Shown here: positions 14,153 through 28,269 of the stretch, piece by piece
Position numbering within the stretch: position 1 is the first letter of the stretch
How the letters are laid out: the number at the start of each line of letters is the position of its first letter
Program-made: the position numbers and the translations under genes
Notes under the pieces: model-generated
Told to the model about the DNA's origin: nothing
The model's input: the letters and a program-made list of their open reading frames with translations, nothing else
The model's database searches: none
Assembly: GCA_951406725.2 (NCBI GenBank)
Contig: OX597832.1
Coordinates: 6,076,001-6,140,000, forward strand
From: Octopus vulgaris
Lineage: Eukaryota
Reading direction: 5' to 3'
DNA: 64,000 bases

Positions 14153-14439
14153 GTTTATATATTTGTTTTGCAAGATTCTTGTTGTGAAATCGTGTGTTGA
14201 AACAGACGTGGTTGTATTTAGGAATGGTCATTTTGCCAGTTTAACCAATAAAAACACGCGCACTATATATTTGGTGTTAATTTGCTTCAGCGTTATTTAT
14301 TTTTTACATTAATCTTAATCTTATTTCGGCCAGAGTTCTTTCGTTACACTTCTGTGAAATGACCATTCCTAAATATAACAACATATATATATATATATAT
14401 ATACATACATCTAGACGTATATATATATATACACACACA

Positions 14440-14492
<53 letters not shown>

Positions 14493-14859
14493 GTATGTGT
14501 GTGTGTGTGTGTGTGTGTGCACATGTGGGAACAAGACGCCACGAAACGTGCACAACAATAAAATACAAAGTACAAGTACATGAAATATGAAAAAACGAAA
14601 GTCACAAATGGAAAACAAGAAAAAAAAAGCCATAAAGAACGATCCTTCATCAGTTGTTGGCTGTTTTTCTACTCTCGTAACAACAATATACGTCCGTATT
14701 TTTTGTTGTACACGTTTCGTGATGTCCTGTGCCCACATATGCATGTATATATATATATATATATACGTATAGATGTAAGTAGGTGGAGCTTTAGGTGTTT
14801 TCGCTCAATAAACACTCACAACGCCCGGCCTGTATGTATATATATATAGAATATATATA

Positions 14860-15739
14860 CAGGCCTGATCAATATGTATCCGGACTGTTGCCATATTAAC
14901 GAAGCTAAAACACGTACAGTAAAGCCGTCTGGCTAAGATTGACCTTGAACACTGCTGTGCATGCGCACGAAGTTTTAACCTTCTAGCTCACTTCCGCTAT
15001 TTACAGTAGTGCTTAGAAGGAAGGTGTATAGCGTGTGATCGTCGCATTCACCATGACAGATAAAGTTGTCATGGCGATATCTGCTCACATGCTGATGCAA
15101 AGTTGCCGAAAGTGTATGGAGAGGAATGTATGAGCTGCACACAAGTGTACAAGTGGTTGAGAGGTTTCCAAGATGGCCGAAAAATGTTGATATTGACGAA
15201 CCTTCTGGGGAACCCTCAACCAGCAGAACTGAGAAAAACATCGCCGATGTGCGAGCAACTGCGAAGGAAAGTCGTCAAATCACCATACGTGAGTTATCAG
15301 AGAATGTGCAGATTAGTTACGGTTCAGTTCAGTCCAGATTTGATTATGAGACAAGTATCTGCCAAGTTTGTGCCAAAACTGCTTTCAGCTGACGTGAAAG
15401 ACATTCGATTTTCATTCGCACAAGATGTCCTTGACTCTGTCGAGAACGATGAAATTTTGTTGAAACTTTGCGTTAGCCTCTGAGCAGGTATCACCAAGCC
15501 TTTGGCAAAATTTGATGCAAATTCTCTGCTCAACTTTTTCTCATATGGTCAATGAGACGATCACACGCTACACACCTTCCTTCCAAGCACTGCTGTAAAC
15601 AGCAGATGTGACCTAGATTGTTATATCTTAGTGCGCATGCACAGCAGCATTCAAGGTCAATCTGTGCAAAGCGGCTTTACCGTGCGTGCTTTAGCTTCGT
15701 TACTATAACAACAGTCCGGATACTTATTTATCAGACCAC

Positions 15740-15740
<1 letters not shown>
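14860..15740 (+). mobile_element. Non-autonomous mariner derivative with ~200-bp TIRs
   Basis: 14860-~15055 mirrors ~15541-15740, TA-flanked; internal transposase N-terminus (VYGEECMSCTQVYKW, SAKFVPKLLS). A lone TIR copy lies at 61525-61697. Confidence 0.9.
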
Positions 15741-15773
<33 letters not shown>

Positions 15774-15802
15774 ATATATTTATATATATATGTATATATA
15801 TA

Positions 15803-15879
<77 letters not shown>

Positions 15880-15887
15880 TTGTGTGT

Positions 15888-15924
<37 letters not shown>

Positions 15925-16225
15925 CGTACATATGCATACATACATAATACATGCATGCATATATACATACATACATATATACAGAGAGAGAGAGAGAGAG
16001 AGAGATGAAGGGCTTCCAAACAAATCCTCTCACAAAGCATTGCTCTGGTCCAGGTCTATATTAGAATCCACTTACCCAAGGCGTTGCGCAGTGGAACGGA
16101 ACTCGAACTACGTGCGTGTTTGATGGTTGCAAGGAGAGTTTCTTAACCACGCAGCCATCCCTGCGCCGAGGTAGTTGAAAACTTAAGTGAAGATAACATC
16201 AAAGCATTTTATTACGTTGACCATA

Positions 16226-16640
16226 ATCGCAGGAGTGGCTGTTTGGTAAGTAGCTTGCTAACCAACCACATGGTTCGGGGTTCAGTCCCACTGCGTGGCA
16301 TCTTGGGCAAGTGTCTTCTGCTATAGCCCCGGGCCGACCAATGCCTTGTGAGTGGATTTGGTAGACGGAAACTGAAAGAAGCCTGTCGTATATATGTATA
16401 CATATATAAGTGTGTGTGAATATGTTTGTGTGTCTGTGTTTGTTCCCCTAGCATTGCTTGACAACCGATGCTGGTGTGTTTACGTCCCCGTCACTTAGCG
16501 GTTCGGCAAAAGAGACCGATAGAATAAGTACTGGGCTTACAAAGAATAAGTCCCGGGGTCGATTTGCTCGACTAAAGGCGGTGCTCCAGTATGGCCGCAG
16601 TCAAATGACTGAAACAAGTAAAAAGAGTAAAAAGAGTAAA
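16226..16640 (+). mobile_element. SINE family A, full copy
   Basis: Box A-like TGGCTGTTTGG, box B-like GGTTCAGTCC, CORE-like TCTTGGGCAAGTG, TA/TG linker and (GTAAAAAGA)n tail. Confidence 0.9.
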
Positions 16641-16713
16641 AAAAAAAAGAGTGTAATCATATGGATCTCGGTTGATCCAGACATTAAAAAAAAAGCAAAT
16701 AACAAACAGGTTA

Positions 16714-16760
<47 letters not shown>

Positions 16761-16845
16761 GAAAACTCCGAATTACCCGTCTTTGTTTTGTTTGTATCGT
16801 TTGTCTGGCTGTTTTGCGTTCTTGTCCCATTTTTGCATTTATACA

Positions 16846-17217
16846 TCTTTATATATAAAAGTCAAGTTGTGTGTCTGTCTCCTACGATTTAGATTCCTAA
16901 CTACTCCCACATTTTGCGGTGCAGTTTAACCAAAAGCGGGTATCTTATAGTCGTGATTCATATCGACGATGAGTCTACGATTTTAAAAAAAAATTACCAT
17001 AATTTTTTTCTATTTTAATGCATTTTTTTCGCTATTATATAAGGGAAATAACTCTCTAAAAATGTCTACGATGAGTCAACGATTTAAAAAATAATTTACC
17101 ATCATTTTTTTTCCATTTTTAATGCATTTTTTTGCTACTTTTTGGCTATAACTCTCTAAAAATGCTTATATAGTTATTTCCCTTACAAACCCGAGCAACG
17201 CCGGGCGATACTGCTAG
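16846..17217 (+). mobile_element. Short non-autonomous Helitron
   Basis: A|TC start, same 3' hairpin and CTAG|T; matches 12111-12509. Confidence 0.9.
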
Positions 17218-17336
17218 TTTATATATAAAAGTGGGTTTTCGAAAACACGTTTTTCCGCCGAGGGCTAATATGTTCCAATATTAAACTATTTGCTTTAGTC
17301 AATACACGGTGATCGCTTATAAGCTTTAGGTTTATA

Positions 17337-17373
<37 letters not shown>

Positions 17374-17426
17374 CGCGCGCACACACACACTTTTTATAAT
17401 TAATAGACGGTAGAAATCACAGTTAC

Positions 17427-18080
17427 GTATGTGTGTATGTATGTATGTATGTATGCATGTATGTATGTATGTATGTATGTATGTTGTTTGTATGTATGTA
17501 TGTATGTATGTTTGTATGTATGTATGTATGTATGCATGTATGTATGTATGTATGTTTGTATGTATGTATGTATGTATGTATGTTTGTATGTATGTATGTA
17601 TGTATGTATGTATGTATGCATGTATGTATGTATGTATGTATGTTTGTATGTATGTATGTATGTATGTTTGTATGTATGTATGTATGTATGTATGCATGTA
17701 TGTATGTATTTATGAATGTATGTATGTATATATGTATGAATGTATGTATGTATGTATGTATGTATGTATGTATGTATGTATGTATGTATGTATGTATGTA
17801 TGTATGTATGCATGCATGTATGTATGTATGTATGTATGTATGTATGTATGTATGCATGTATATATGTAGGTAGGTAGGTATATATGTATGTATGCATGCA
17901 TGTATGTATGTATGTATGTATGTATGAATGTATGTATGTATTTGTGTATGTATGTATGTATGTATGCAATGTATTTTCATTTTTGCGTAATTTAGACGAC
18001 AGTTTATTTACCGCACCCTGTATGTATGTATCTATCTATGTATGTATGTATGCATGCATGTATGCATGTATGTATGTATG
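17427..18080. repeat. (GTAT)n microsatellite
   Basis: Tetranucleotide array with variants; similar arrays at 9911-10150, 29705-29900, 44310-44370 and 49146-49228. Confidence 0.98.
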
Positions 18081-18834
18081 AATTAGAACTACTCATAATG
18101 TATATATGTATGTTTCAGGCTTATGTTGGGAATAGGGGCGTGGTTGCAGTTCCTAGCGAAGACCTGTCGAGTGAGAGAGGAACAGAGAAAATGAGAGAGT
18201 GAGAGCGAGAGAACTGTTTCAACATCAGATCGTTCGATGTCGTTAGAATCTAGCAACAATGCGACAAAACTCTATTCTGCCTAGGAGCAGGCGTGGAGAA
18301 ATGTCATGTGATGCAGCAAATTGCTGTACGACTTAGTGACAAACTCTCCAAGCTTGCAAAAACAAAGGCTTTTATCATAAAGAGAGGATAGAAAACAAGA
18401 GTTTGAAATTCACGGACGTGCTCAACAGGCGAGGTGTTTCAATTGGTTGAAATAAGTAATTGCTACTACGTGCATGTTTGATTGGTGGAAATTCAAAATG
18501 TCGTGTGAGCCGGCTTTTCAAAGAAATACTTCTGATGTTTTTGTGCAAAAAACTGTCAACAAGTCATCAAAGTAATGCCAGTCTCTGATTGGATAGAAAC
18601 AGTGTGACAGTATGTCATCAAAGTGCACACGTGATGGAGAGTAATGGTGTAATGGAGAGCGTGTGAGCTCTACTGCTACAGATAATTTTAAATATACAGT
18701 AGTTTGTGGATCGTGGTTTCTGTTTTGCTCAATTCCGAGATCGTAGGGAAGCATCATCTAACACAAAACCTGTATAATATGAGTTTAATCTGCTGTCATC
18801 ATTACTACCACCATCATCACCACCATCACAATCG

Positions 18835-18878
<44 letters not shown>

Positions 18879-19781
18879 TCCATCACCGTCGTCGTCGTCG
18901 TCATCGTCTTGGCGTTTACATTTCCATGGTTGCATTGGTCGATCAGAGTTCATTGAGATAGATTTTCTACGGCCGGATGTCCTTGCTCTCGCCAACCCTT
19001 ACCTGTTTCTAAGTAAGGTAATATTTCCCCCGTGGCCAGACAAGTTTCCACAAAATATTGGAAATCAATGACAACAATTATGCAATGTTAAGACGAGGAG
19101 GCACAAGCATACCCACACTTACACTCACACACACACACGCATCTATATATGAAGGGCTTCTTTCAGTGTCCGTCAACCAAATCCACTCAGAAAATTTTGA
19201 TCAGCCGTATTGCTATTTATTGCTTTGAAAAGGTTTCAACTGAAGGTCATGTAGTTATTATTAAATCATTGCCTTAAACGTGATACAGCCAGTAGCGCTA
19301 CATGAGGTGGTGCCGTGCGGTGTACAGGATTTATGGACCGCACCATGTGGTTACTTCACAATCATGTACTTGCTACATTCGAAGATATGTTACGTTTAAG
19401 GAAGGGGCGGTCAATATGGCTACTATACACAGCATTTAAGATACACACCAAGCCATTGGATAACACCGAGTTTTGATAATTGTACTTAGGTCTTTCATTC
19501 GGTCTAGAAGCAAAGTTGGAAGTCAACTTATCAACAAAATTTGTCACTGTATCCTGTACTATTTTTGTGGGGCTGAATTATTAATTAGAGACTAACAGCA
19601 CTCATGGAAATTCCAGGGTAAATACAAAATGTTTAAGAAAGTTTAAGTTTATATAGAGTAATAAAAATAAGTGTTCCTTTATAAATTGTATATTTTCCAT
19701 TATTTTCATTTAAAAACAGTTTTCAGTTGTTCCAGATAAGACAGTAATAGAGAGAGCATGAATTTCTCATTCAGTACTTCA

Positions 19782-20180
19782 AGGCGCCGAGCTGGCAGAA
19801 TCGTTAGCACGCCAGGCGAAATGCTTAGCGGTATTTCGTCTGCCGTTACGTTCTGAGTTCAAATTCCGCCGAGGCCGACTTTGCCTTTCATCCTTTCGGG
19901 GTCGATAAATTAAGTACCAGTTGAGTACTGGGTCGATATAATCGACTTAATCCGTTTGTCTGTCCTTGTTTGTCCTCTCTGTGTTTAGCCCCTTGTGGAT
20001 AGTAAAGAAATAGGTATTTCGTCTGTCTTTACATTCTGAGTTCAAATTCCGCCGAGGTTGACTTTACCTTTCATCCTTTCGGGGTCGATAAATTAAATAC
20101 CTGTCGCGAACTGGAGTCGATCTAATCGACTGGCTCCTTCCCCCAAAATTTCGCGCCTTGTGCCTAGATTAGAAAAGATA
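19782..20180 (+). mobile_element. SINE family B, dimeric copy
   Basis: GGCG.CGAGCTGGCAGAATCGTTAGCAC head and box B-like GAGTTCAAATTC, with the body repeated twice. Other copies at 3190-3385, 3625-3835, 28068-28275, 30525-30740, 42930-43140, 50135-50365 and 52510-52980. Confidence 0.85.
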
Positions 20181-20674
20181 CTCTCAGCACTTCAGAAGTT
20201 AATTTATAAATCGGAGTGATTACAGAGAATATTCATGTCACATGTAAATTTCAACCATATATCTGGGTTTTTTTTTTTTTTGACGTTCGCTCCCATTTTC
20301 ATTCTATATTCTATCTTGAACACTTTCCTTATCTGTTGTAAATATCCACTCTCTTATTCATATTTTCCCTTCTACATGATGATACTCCCGTACTTGTTCT
20401 AGTGATTCGACTCTCTACTTCTCTTTATGTCATTGCTTATACTATCTCATTCCTTCTCTTGTTAGCTTACATCGTCTGTCATCCATATTTTATAAACGAA
20501 TATCAATTTTCAAGCGATCAGACGATAAATAATTTCACTTACGCGTATGCCTTAAGTGTTAGGCGATATCAAATATTTTGTTCAATAAAATAACTATACT
20601 TTTCATTATTCACTCACCACCGCTACCACCACCACCACCACCACCACCACCACCACCACCACTACCATCACCAC

Positions 20675-20706
<32 letters not shown>

Positions 20707-20997
20707 CTACCACCACCGCCATTATCATCACCACCATCACCATCCCCTCCAGTTTTCAGTAACAAAACTCAGTCTAAATTGTTTGCCAACCAAGATTATT
20801 TCATTTCGGTTCAGTTGTTTGTTTATATCTACATTTCTTGCTGTCAATAAAAATTCGAATAACAAATTTTAAAATAATAACAACCACGACTATTTAGCCA
20901 AGTTATTTTACTTTCATTGAAAAATCTCTCTTACTTTCTATGATAAGTTTCTTATCATAGCTAGTGTAAGCCTTCCCACTTCCGTCCAGCCATTGAT

Positions 20998-21099
<102 letters not shown>

Positions 21100-21358
21100 T
21101 TATTAGCCACACAGGGCCGAACACATAGAGGACAATACAATGTAGAACTTTTCTTTTCGAAAGAAAGAAAGAAAGAAAGAAAGGAAGAAAGGAAGAAAGA
21201 AAGAAATACAATCAAAAGAGATCGAAAACGTTTGCGACATGTAAACAGGAAAATAAGGGGGAGTAAAAATGTAAAACAAATTAGGTTTATTCGTGGAAAG
21301 AAAAGCCTACGAAAAAGACCACGGTAACCTCAGGCAGGGAAAGATACACGTGAGAGCA

Positions 21359-21407
<49 letters not shown>

Positions 21408-21499
21408 GATTTATAGGATCATTCTTAAAGTGGTTTCGTCATTTATGTGTACCATCTTTGCTACATTCACTCACCTTTTATTGAAACTTTCATGAAACA

Positions 21500-24400
21500 A
21501 AACTTCCCTCTCTATTCTCCTCTTCCTTTTCAAATGGTACTTGAAAAAGTTGATGAGCGATTGGCCAGAGAGGAAAGTGCTTGTCTCTAAACCTTTCACA
21601 CAGGTCCACCACACACACACACATTCTTTCACCATAGCCACCAGTACAATGAAAACTGCCTTGCTTCCCGCTTAAAGGAAGGTGGCGGGGCAATATTCAT
21701 GATAGACTCGGCTGACAACCGAATTCGTCTCACATGTGACAGCAGCCATTCGACATAAGCCCACAGGTCTGAAATGGTTGGACACTGCACGAGTGCGTGC
21801 AGAACGGTTCCGTCGCTTTGTCTGCATATCGAGCAAGTCGGTTCAGTGTTTCTCGAACCGTGCCTGTAGAGCTTATCCCGAACGGGCAATGCTTCTCGAT
21901 AGCACTACCAGGCCAGGGATCTCTGTTGACTGTCCATAGGTCTCGACCCGAAAGTGATCCTGAAGAGGCGAGTCAGATGTTCCCGTCGACCAGATTCTCC
22001 CCAAGAACGTCGTCGCATCTCCCCCCCCCCCCCACTAATCTTCTATGGAGTGCCTTCGTGTAATTGAAGTCGCACAAGTTTGGTCCCGGACGCAGAGTTG
22101 CTCGAGAGCAAGGCGGCGCCCGCGATGCCATTTGCCTAGCCTCGGTCTCTGTTTGATCCATGACTGCAGTTCGACCAAAGAGACGAGCTGCGGGGAAGTG
22201 CATCTCACAAACGGCGACCACACCCGTTCACCGTCGTCTATGAAGCGCCGGAGATGTTGCAATCTTAGTGCATGTCTGCGCATCATCAACCACGGCATGC
22301 CCAGCCCTCCATTTGACAGCAAATAGATCGTTGACAGCAAATGGATCGCCTAACCATCGAAACGCTTCCCTTCTATCGAAAAGCTTCCCTTCCACAAAAA
22401 GCGGTCCAGTTTGGTGATGGTAGTGTCGGGACAGGGCACGACGGTCAGACGATAATAGATGACGGATGCAATGTACGCGTCCTGCGCCACCTGCGCCCAA
22501 CCTTTTAGGGATAGCTTCCTCTCGGCACATTGCTGAGTGAGAGTGGCCACCTTACTCGTTATCTCGTCCCAGTTCTTCTCCATTTGAAGGTCTAGTCAGA
22601 ACCAGATTCCGAGCATCTTAAGTGGTCCGTCGGTCCAGTGTCCCAAGATGGAGACACTGTTGGACGGTATGGGCTCCAGGTGCCGGGCCGCAAGCCCACT
22701 GAACTTTTCGGGTTAATTTTCACTCTCGTTACCGTTTCGTACTCTTTTAGTGTCTCGCCGAACAGGCCGATATGCCTGTTTCTCGACACTATGACGGTGA
22801 CGTTGTCCGTGTATGCAGACACGCGTGTCCCGCATCCCACTTCTCACGGGATGCCCCTCAGCGTCGCCAGCTTCCGCTGTAGTAGCTCTAGAGTCAATAC
22901 ATATAGCAGCGACGAGAGGAGGCATCCTTGACGGACCAAACGCGTGATGTTATTAAACGGTCTAAATAGATGACCATTTACGCGAACTACCGAGCGGATG
23001 CCGCTGTATAAGGCAGCGATCCAACCGCGGAAGGTGGGATGGAAACCAGCCGCCCCAAGGACATCCTCCAAGTAACGATGGTCGACGCAATCGAAAGCTT
23101 TCGATTGATCCAAATTGATCAGAGCTTCACCCATGCCAGGTTCCTTAACTAGCCTGTCTATGATGTAGCGCATCAGATGGAGGTTATCATGGATACTCCT
23201 GCTCTGCATGTTTGCGCCTTGTCGACCAGTTTCTCTATGACAAGCGCCAACCTCTCAGCTAGCACCTTGGCCAAAATATTTAAATCTGCGTTAAGCAGGA
23301 TGATGGGCATGAAGTTATTTATGACGTTCCCCTTGTTTGGATCTTTCTTTAGCAATGCTACAGCTCCTCGGTTCACAAAACTGGGGATACTTCCGTTTTG
23401 CTGCCAGTTGCAGTAGAATGCTGCCAAGATGCCTCCAAACAAGTCTGGCATATGGCAATAAGCTCGTCCAAGCCTGGCGACTTGCCTTCTGCGCAGCCTG
23501 CTATCGCATCCCGTACGTCCGCGGCTGTGATAGGTCTTTCACAACACTCCGCCACTCTTACCGAGAGTCGTGGAAGGCCATGCAAGTAGGTAGTAAAGTC
23601 ACCCTGCGTTCTGACCTACCAGTTATCCTTAACAGTCGGGCAAAGTGCTGTTGAAAGGCTTCACACATCCTTTCGGGCTCGAGTAATTCGCGTCCCTGTT
23701 CATCTGTCAGAGACCTAATGGTGGCTTTGTTGCCTCGTTACGCCTCCGCCACTCGGGCCTCTCGGGCGGCTCCAATTCCTTCGTTTCTCAGAGCACGCAT
23801 CCTGGCTCTGACAATGCATCTTTCGTGTTTGGCGTTGAAGTGTTGGTCGAGGGCCAACCTGGCCGCCAGCACGTTGGATGAGATGCAACTTCTATGTACC
23901 TCTTCTAATTTCTTAACTAGGTCTCCCTCTATTCTATTTCGATCTATCGCTAGAGGCTTACTATACCTAACCAATTCTGCTTTAATTGCTCTCTTTAGGG
24001 CATACCACCATCTATTGTTGACGATGGCACCCGTCAGCGCCCTCTTAACTAATGTGCTAATCCGGTTTCTATAAGCCTGTCGCACCGTGAACGTTGCGTT
24101 CAGTTTCCAGTAACCGGGACCCTGTCTATGATTCTTATCTACCTGACTATATGAACCTGTGGACAACCTACACTATTCTTATCCACTGTCCTATAGAATA
24201 CTCTAACTAAATACGAACAGGACGACCCGATGCGGTTGCACCATGTCCACATTGGCACATTCAGGTGGTCCAATCGGAACCTGTCAGACAGTTGGAAACG
24301 TCTGAGCAGGTCTTTGAGGCATTTACATCCCTTCCTAATCCTATCTCTACCCACGTAGTTTAGATGCGTGTCCAAGATAACATTCCAATCCCCCACTAAA

Positions 24401-24790
24401 AGTAAAGGTCGAGACGTTCCCAGGAAAACCTCTAAGCGCCGAAAGAAATTCGGCCGACCTGTTAAGGACAGCGCATAAGCTGTTATCAGTCGAAAAGTAC
24501 ACCCATTACTGCCATCGACATCCAAGACGACCAGCCTACCTTCCGGGTCTAGGAATATTGCTCTTACTTGAGGTCTAGACTCTTCCAAAAAAGCATTCTC
24601 TGCAGACACGAAGAAAAATAAATGTCGAATTGTCCGCCGAACATGTGCTGGAGGGCCCGCAGGTCGTGGAATCTGGTCTCACTGACGGCTATGATATGCA
24701 CCTTTTGTGACTTGATGTCATTTAACTGGTAGCATAGTTGCCAAGGCAACCCTAAGCCACGCACATTTATACAACCTATTCTAAGCATGT
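21500..24790 (-). pseudogene. LINE ORF2 (APE endonuclease, reverse transcriptase, zinc-binding domain), frameshifted
   Basis: IGCINVRGL, AVSETR, LVGDWNVIL, GPGYWKLN, KSPGLD, PIILLNADLNILAKVLA, LDQSKAFD, VRQGCLLS, AYTDNV (YADD equivalent), GGLGMP, CSIC..HALVQC. Confidence 0.92.
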
Positions 24791-25070
24791 TCCTATCGAA
24801 AGCTGTGTTTTTACACACGAAAGGAAAAGGAAAATAATGAGAGAGAGAGAGAGAGAGAGAGTCACTTACTGCTCAAAAGTTGGTTGTTCTCTTCCTCACA
24901 ATCTTCTCTCAGGAGGTTTTTGAACATTTTTTTGGTAAGTACTTTTGAAATCTCCCTACAGCATCAGGGTTGAGAGATTTCAGTTTGTTGCGTATATTTT
25001 GTGTCACGTGTAGGATTTTTATGTGCTGTGGTGGTGTTATGTGTGGGTGATGGTTTGTTTTGACATTGTC

Positions 25071-25504
25071 TTATGTTATGCTGGTGTTTGACCTAATGTA
25101 TTGCTTTAGGTCTGAATTGTTTGTGTTTATTGCAGTCAGCATTGTGGATCCATTGTGGGTTTCTGTGTTTGCGTTAATGCTTTTGTTTTGTGTGGGTGTT
25201 TTGGTTTCGGGAGTGGTAAACCTCCCTGCTTTGCTTGTTTGCTTCTCTATTCTGTTTTCCCCCCTTTTTCTCCTTACCCTTGTGGCGAATTGCCATTCCT
25301 CCATGTCGCCTTCTTCGGACGACATGTCGGAGGAATCAGAACGTGGGAGTGGAAGGGTATTGGTGTCTATTTCTGAGTGTGTTAATATTGATTTTGTTGT
25401 TGGTGTTAGTGCTGGTTGGTGACAGTTGGGATGTGGTGTAAAGGTTTTTGGGGTTGGGGTATGAGTCCCTTTGTCTTTCGCTTCTTCGTTTGGTGCTTCT
25501 ATAG

Positions 25505-25551
<47 letters not shown>

Positions 25552-25865
25552 GGTGGTGGTGGTGGTAGTAGTGATGGTGTTGTTTCTATTCTTGGTAGCG
25601 TTGTCGCTTGGTTGGGCTGGTTTGTTATTTGCTGATGCTCTTTCATTTCTTGGTAGAGCTGTTTTATCAGCTGTGCATATGGTGGTGTGGGTAGCAGTGC
25701 TGGGTTTTTTCTTGGTTTTTGGTTTTCTTGTTTAGTTGATTTGTTGTTGTTGTTGTTGTTGTTTTTTCTTGTTGTTGTTGTTGTTGTTGTATTTGTCGCT
25801 GTTTCTCCTTGTCTATTGGACAACCAACTTTTAAGTGATTTTTGCTGCCACGGAGGTGATAGCAT
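25071..25865 (-). CDS. Putative LINE ORF1-like low-complexity protein (264 aa open frame)
   Basis: Lies upstream of ORF2 on the same strand; T/N/P homopolymers plus an S/D/E-rich then basic segment (EEWQFATRVRRKR); no recognisable domain. Confidence 0.4.
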
Positions 25866-25913
25866 GATTGCCTGCCTTCAACAGCAACATGTAAATTGGT
25901 ACCATCTGGCTAG

Positions 25914-26010
<97 letters not shown>

Positions 26011-26011
26011 C

Positions 26012-26051
<40 letters not shown>

Positions 26052-26599
26052 AACAATCAGACAGACAGACAAACAGACAGATAGATAGATCGACAGATAG
26101 AAGATATAAAAAAATTGAAAATTAAAAAGTTATTTTCTAGTTAGTGTCAATAATATATGATGTTTAAATTTTTTTTCTCTGCTAAACACTTTGTATTTCT
26201 CTTTCTTCTATTCTTTAATCCTTGCTCAAACAAACTTTTTTTAATTGTCCAGTAACACTTCTTACCTCGCACATAAATTTCTTCGAAATATTTTTGAAGT
26301 GGATGCATCTCATTTAGATTTTTTTTTTTTTTACAGTTGACGAAAAGCACACGGGGAGATCATTTGGCAAAATATTCATCATGCGGTAACATAAAGAAAA
26401 GTTTTTGTCACTAGCCAAAGATTCTGAATTTTCTTCTATACTGATTGGTAGAGTTGAAAGAAACATTAGCACAAAACTCACGGATGAAAGAAATAAATGG
26501 TAATATCAGTTATGTTGTAATCCAGTTTATGATTTGCAAAAGCCTCGGCAAAAGTTGCTGGGACGTTAGTGTAGTGTTCTTTTACTAACTATAAACAAG

Positions 26600-27785
26600 T
26601 AGACGAAGGGCTGCGATTTTCTGTAGGCACAACGCGGGTTGAAAAACTAGAAGACGTGTGGCCAGAACCTCCTGGAAAGAAACCATAACGAGGGTCATAC
26701 CGCAGTTGAATCGGAACAGCCATGAAAAGAGATAGGTGTGAAGAAACCAAAGATTAAGTAGCTGAAGGAAAATGATGCAGCTAGCTATAAGAAATTCGAC
26801 GGCGAGGTAGCAAGAATGACCACCAAATTCAAAGGGAACGACGAACAGAAGCTCGAGAACTTGGTTAATATAATCTATCAGGAAGGACAAAAAATATTTG
26901 GACTTGAAAGAACAAGGAATGGAGAATCATCGGCAAAGGGCGGACCATCGAGGAGAGAAAGGCGGATCGCAAAGACACGAGAAAAGAAGTTAAAACTCAG
27001 AACTAGATGGAGGGATGCAAAGGGGAAGGAAAGAGAAGAGTTAAAACAACAATATGGAGGGATAAAAAAGAGACATCGAGAACGACTAAGAAAGCAAAGA
27101 AGGAAGAACAGAAGAAAGGAGAAAGAAAATAACTATCGTATTTGTAAACAACCCATGCCAATTAGATTGCACTAAAGAAGAGCTCGAACACCCTCTTAAA
27201 TAAACATATTGAGATCTTGATAGGAATAAAGTACTTCCGGACTGAAGAAATCACCTGAACCAAGAGTATCCATTCTATTTGAGTGACATCAGATGGAATG
27301 AAATTGACGAGTTCATTAGAAAAACAAGAGCAAAAAGTTCACCGGGGAACAACGGAGTTAGCTACAAGGTTTGTAAGTATTGCCCTAAATTGCGTTTACA
27401 ACTCTTTGCATTGATAAGAGAAATGTGGAAGAAGAGAGACATAGCTGAAGGTATCTATTTACCTAAAGAGAAGGAGGCAAAAACACTAGGGCAATTCAGA
27501 CCCATTTCACTGCTAAATATCGAAAGGAAGATCGTGTTTGGAATTATTGCCAGGCGAATCATAAGATTTGTACAGTAAATTGTTAATGAAGCAATCTAAA
27601 AGGCAGGGATCCCTGGAATCCCTGTATGCATAGGACATGCATTTGCCATCTGAGAAGCTATCAACTGTGCTAAACAACTGAAGAAAAACCTGTACATTGT
27701 ATGATTAGATCTTGCCTATGCATATGGATCTGTTCCACACTCACTAATTCGAGCAGCTATGGATTTCTTTTGGTTTCCAGAAGGT
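26600..27785 (+). pseudogene. Hero-like (RLE group) non-LTR retrotransposon RT remnant
   Basis: KSSPGNNGVSYKV, GIYLPKE, FRPISLLNIERKI, then KAGIPGIPVC..H and LDLAYAYGSVPH read through stops. Confidence 0.8.
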
Positions 27786-28269
27786 GTTCAACGAATACAT
27801 ACACATATACAGACAGACAAAAGACAAGACATATATACATGCACGAGCACAGATATACATACATGTATGCGTAGATACAGTAATACAGACAGGTAAACAG
27901 GCATTCAAAAACTCAACAAGATGGATAGATATATATGAATTGGGAAACTGCTCAGATTCACAAAAATTTCAACAACATCAATGGAATTTAAACAGTTTAT
28001 ATTTCTCGTGGAAGGAGAGAGAATATGGGTGGTGTTAAATTTGTATTAAGATGGTGAAAGAGTCTTAAAGGCGGCTGGCCAGCGTTAGCACGCCGGGCAA
28101 AATGCTTAGCGGTATTTCTTCCGACTTTACGATCTGAGTTCAAATCCCTTGGGGTTGACTTTTCCTTTCATACTTTCAGGGTCGATAAAATAAGTACGAG
28201 TTGAGCAGAGGGGTCAATTTAATTGATTTACCCCCGAAATTGCTGCTGGCCTTTTGCCAAAAAATTGAA

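Noticed and set aside
26337-26386. Possible small host exon after a poly-T/ACAG acceptor
   Set aside because: The peptide is not recognisable, the donor is weak and there are no partner exons; it needs RNA-seq.
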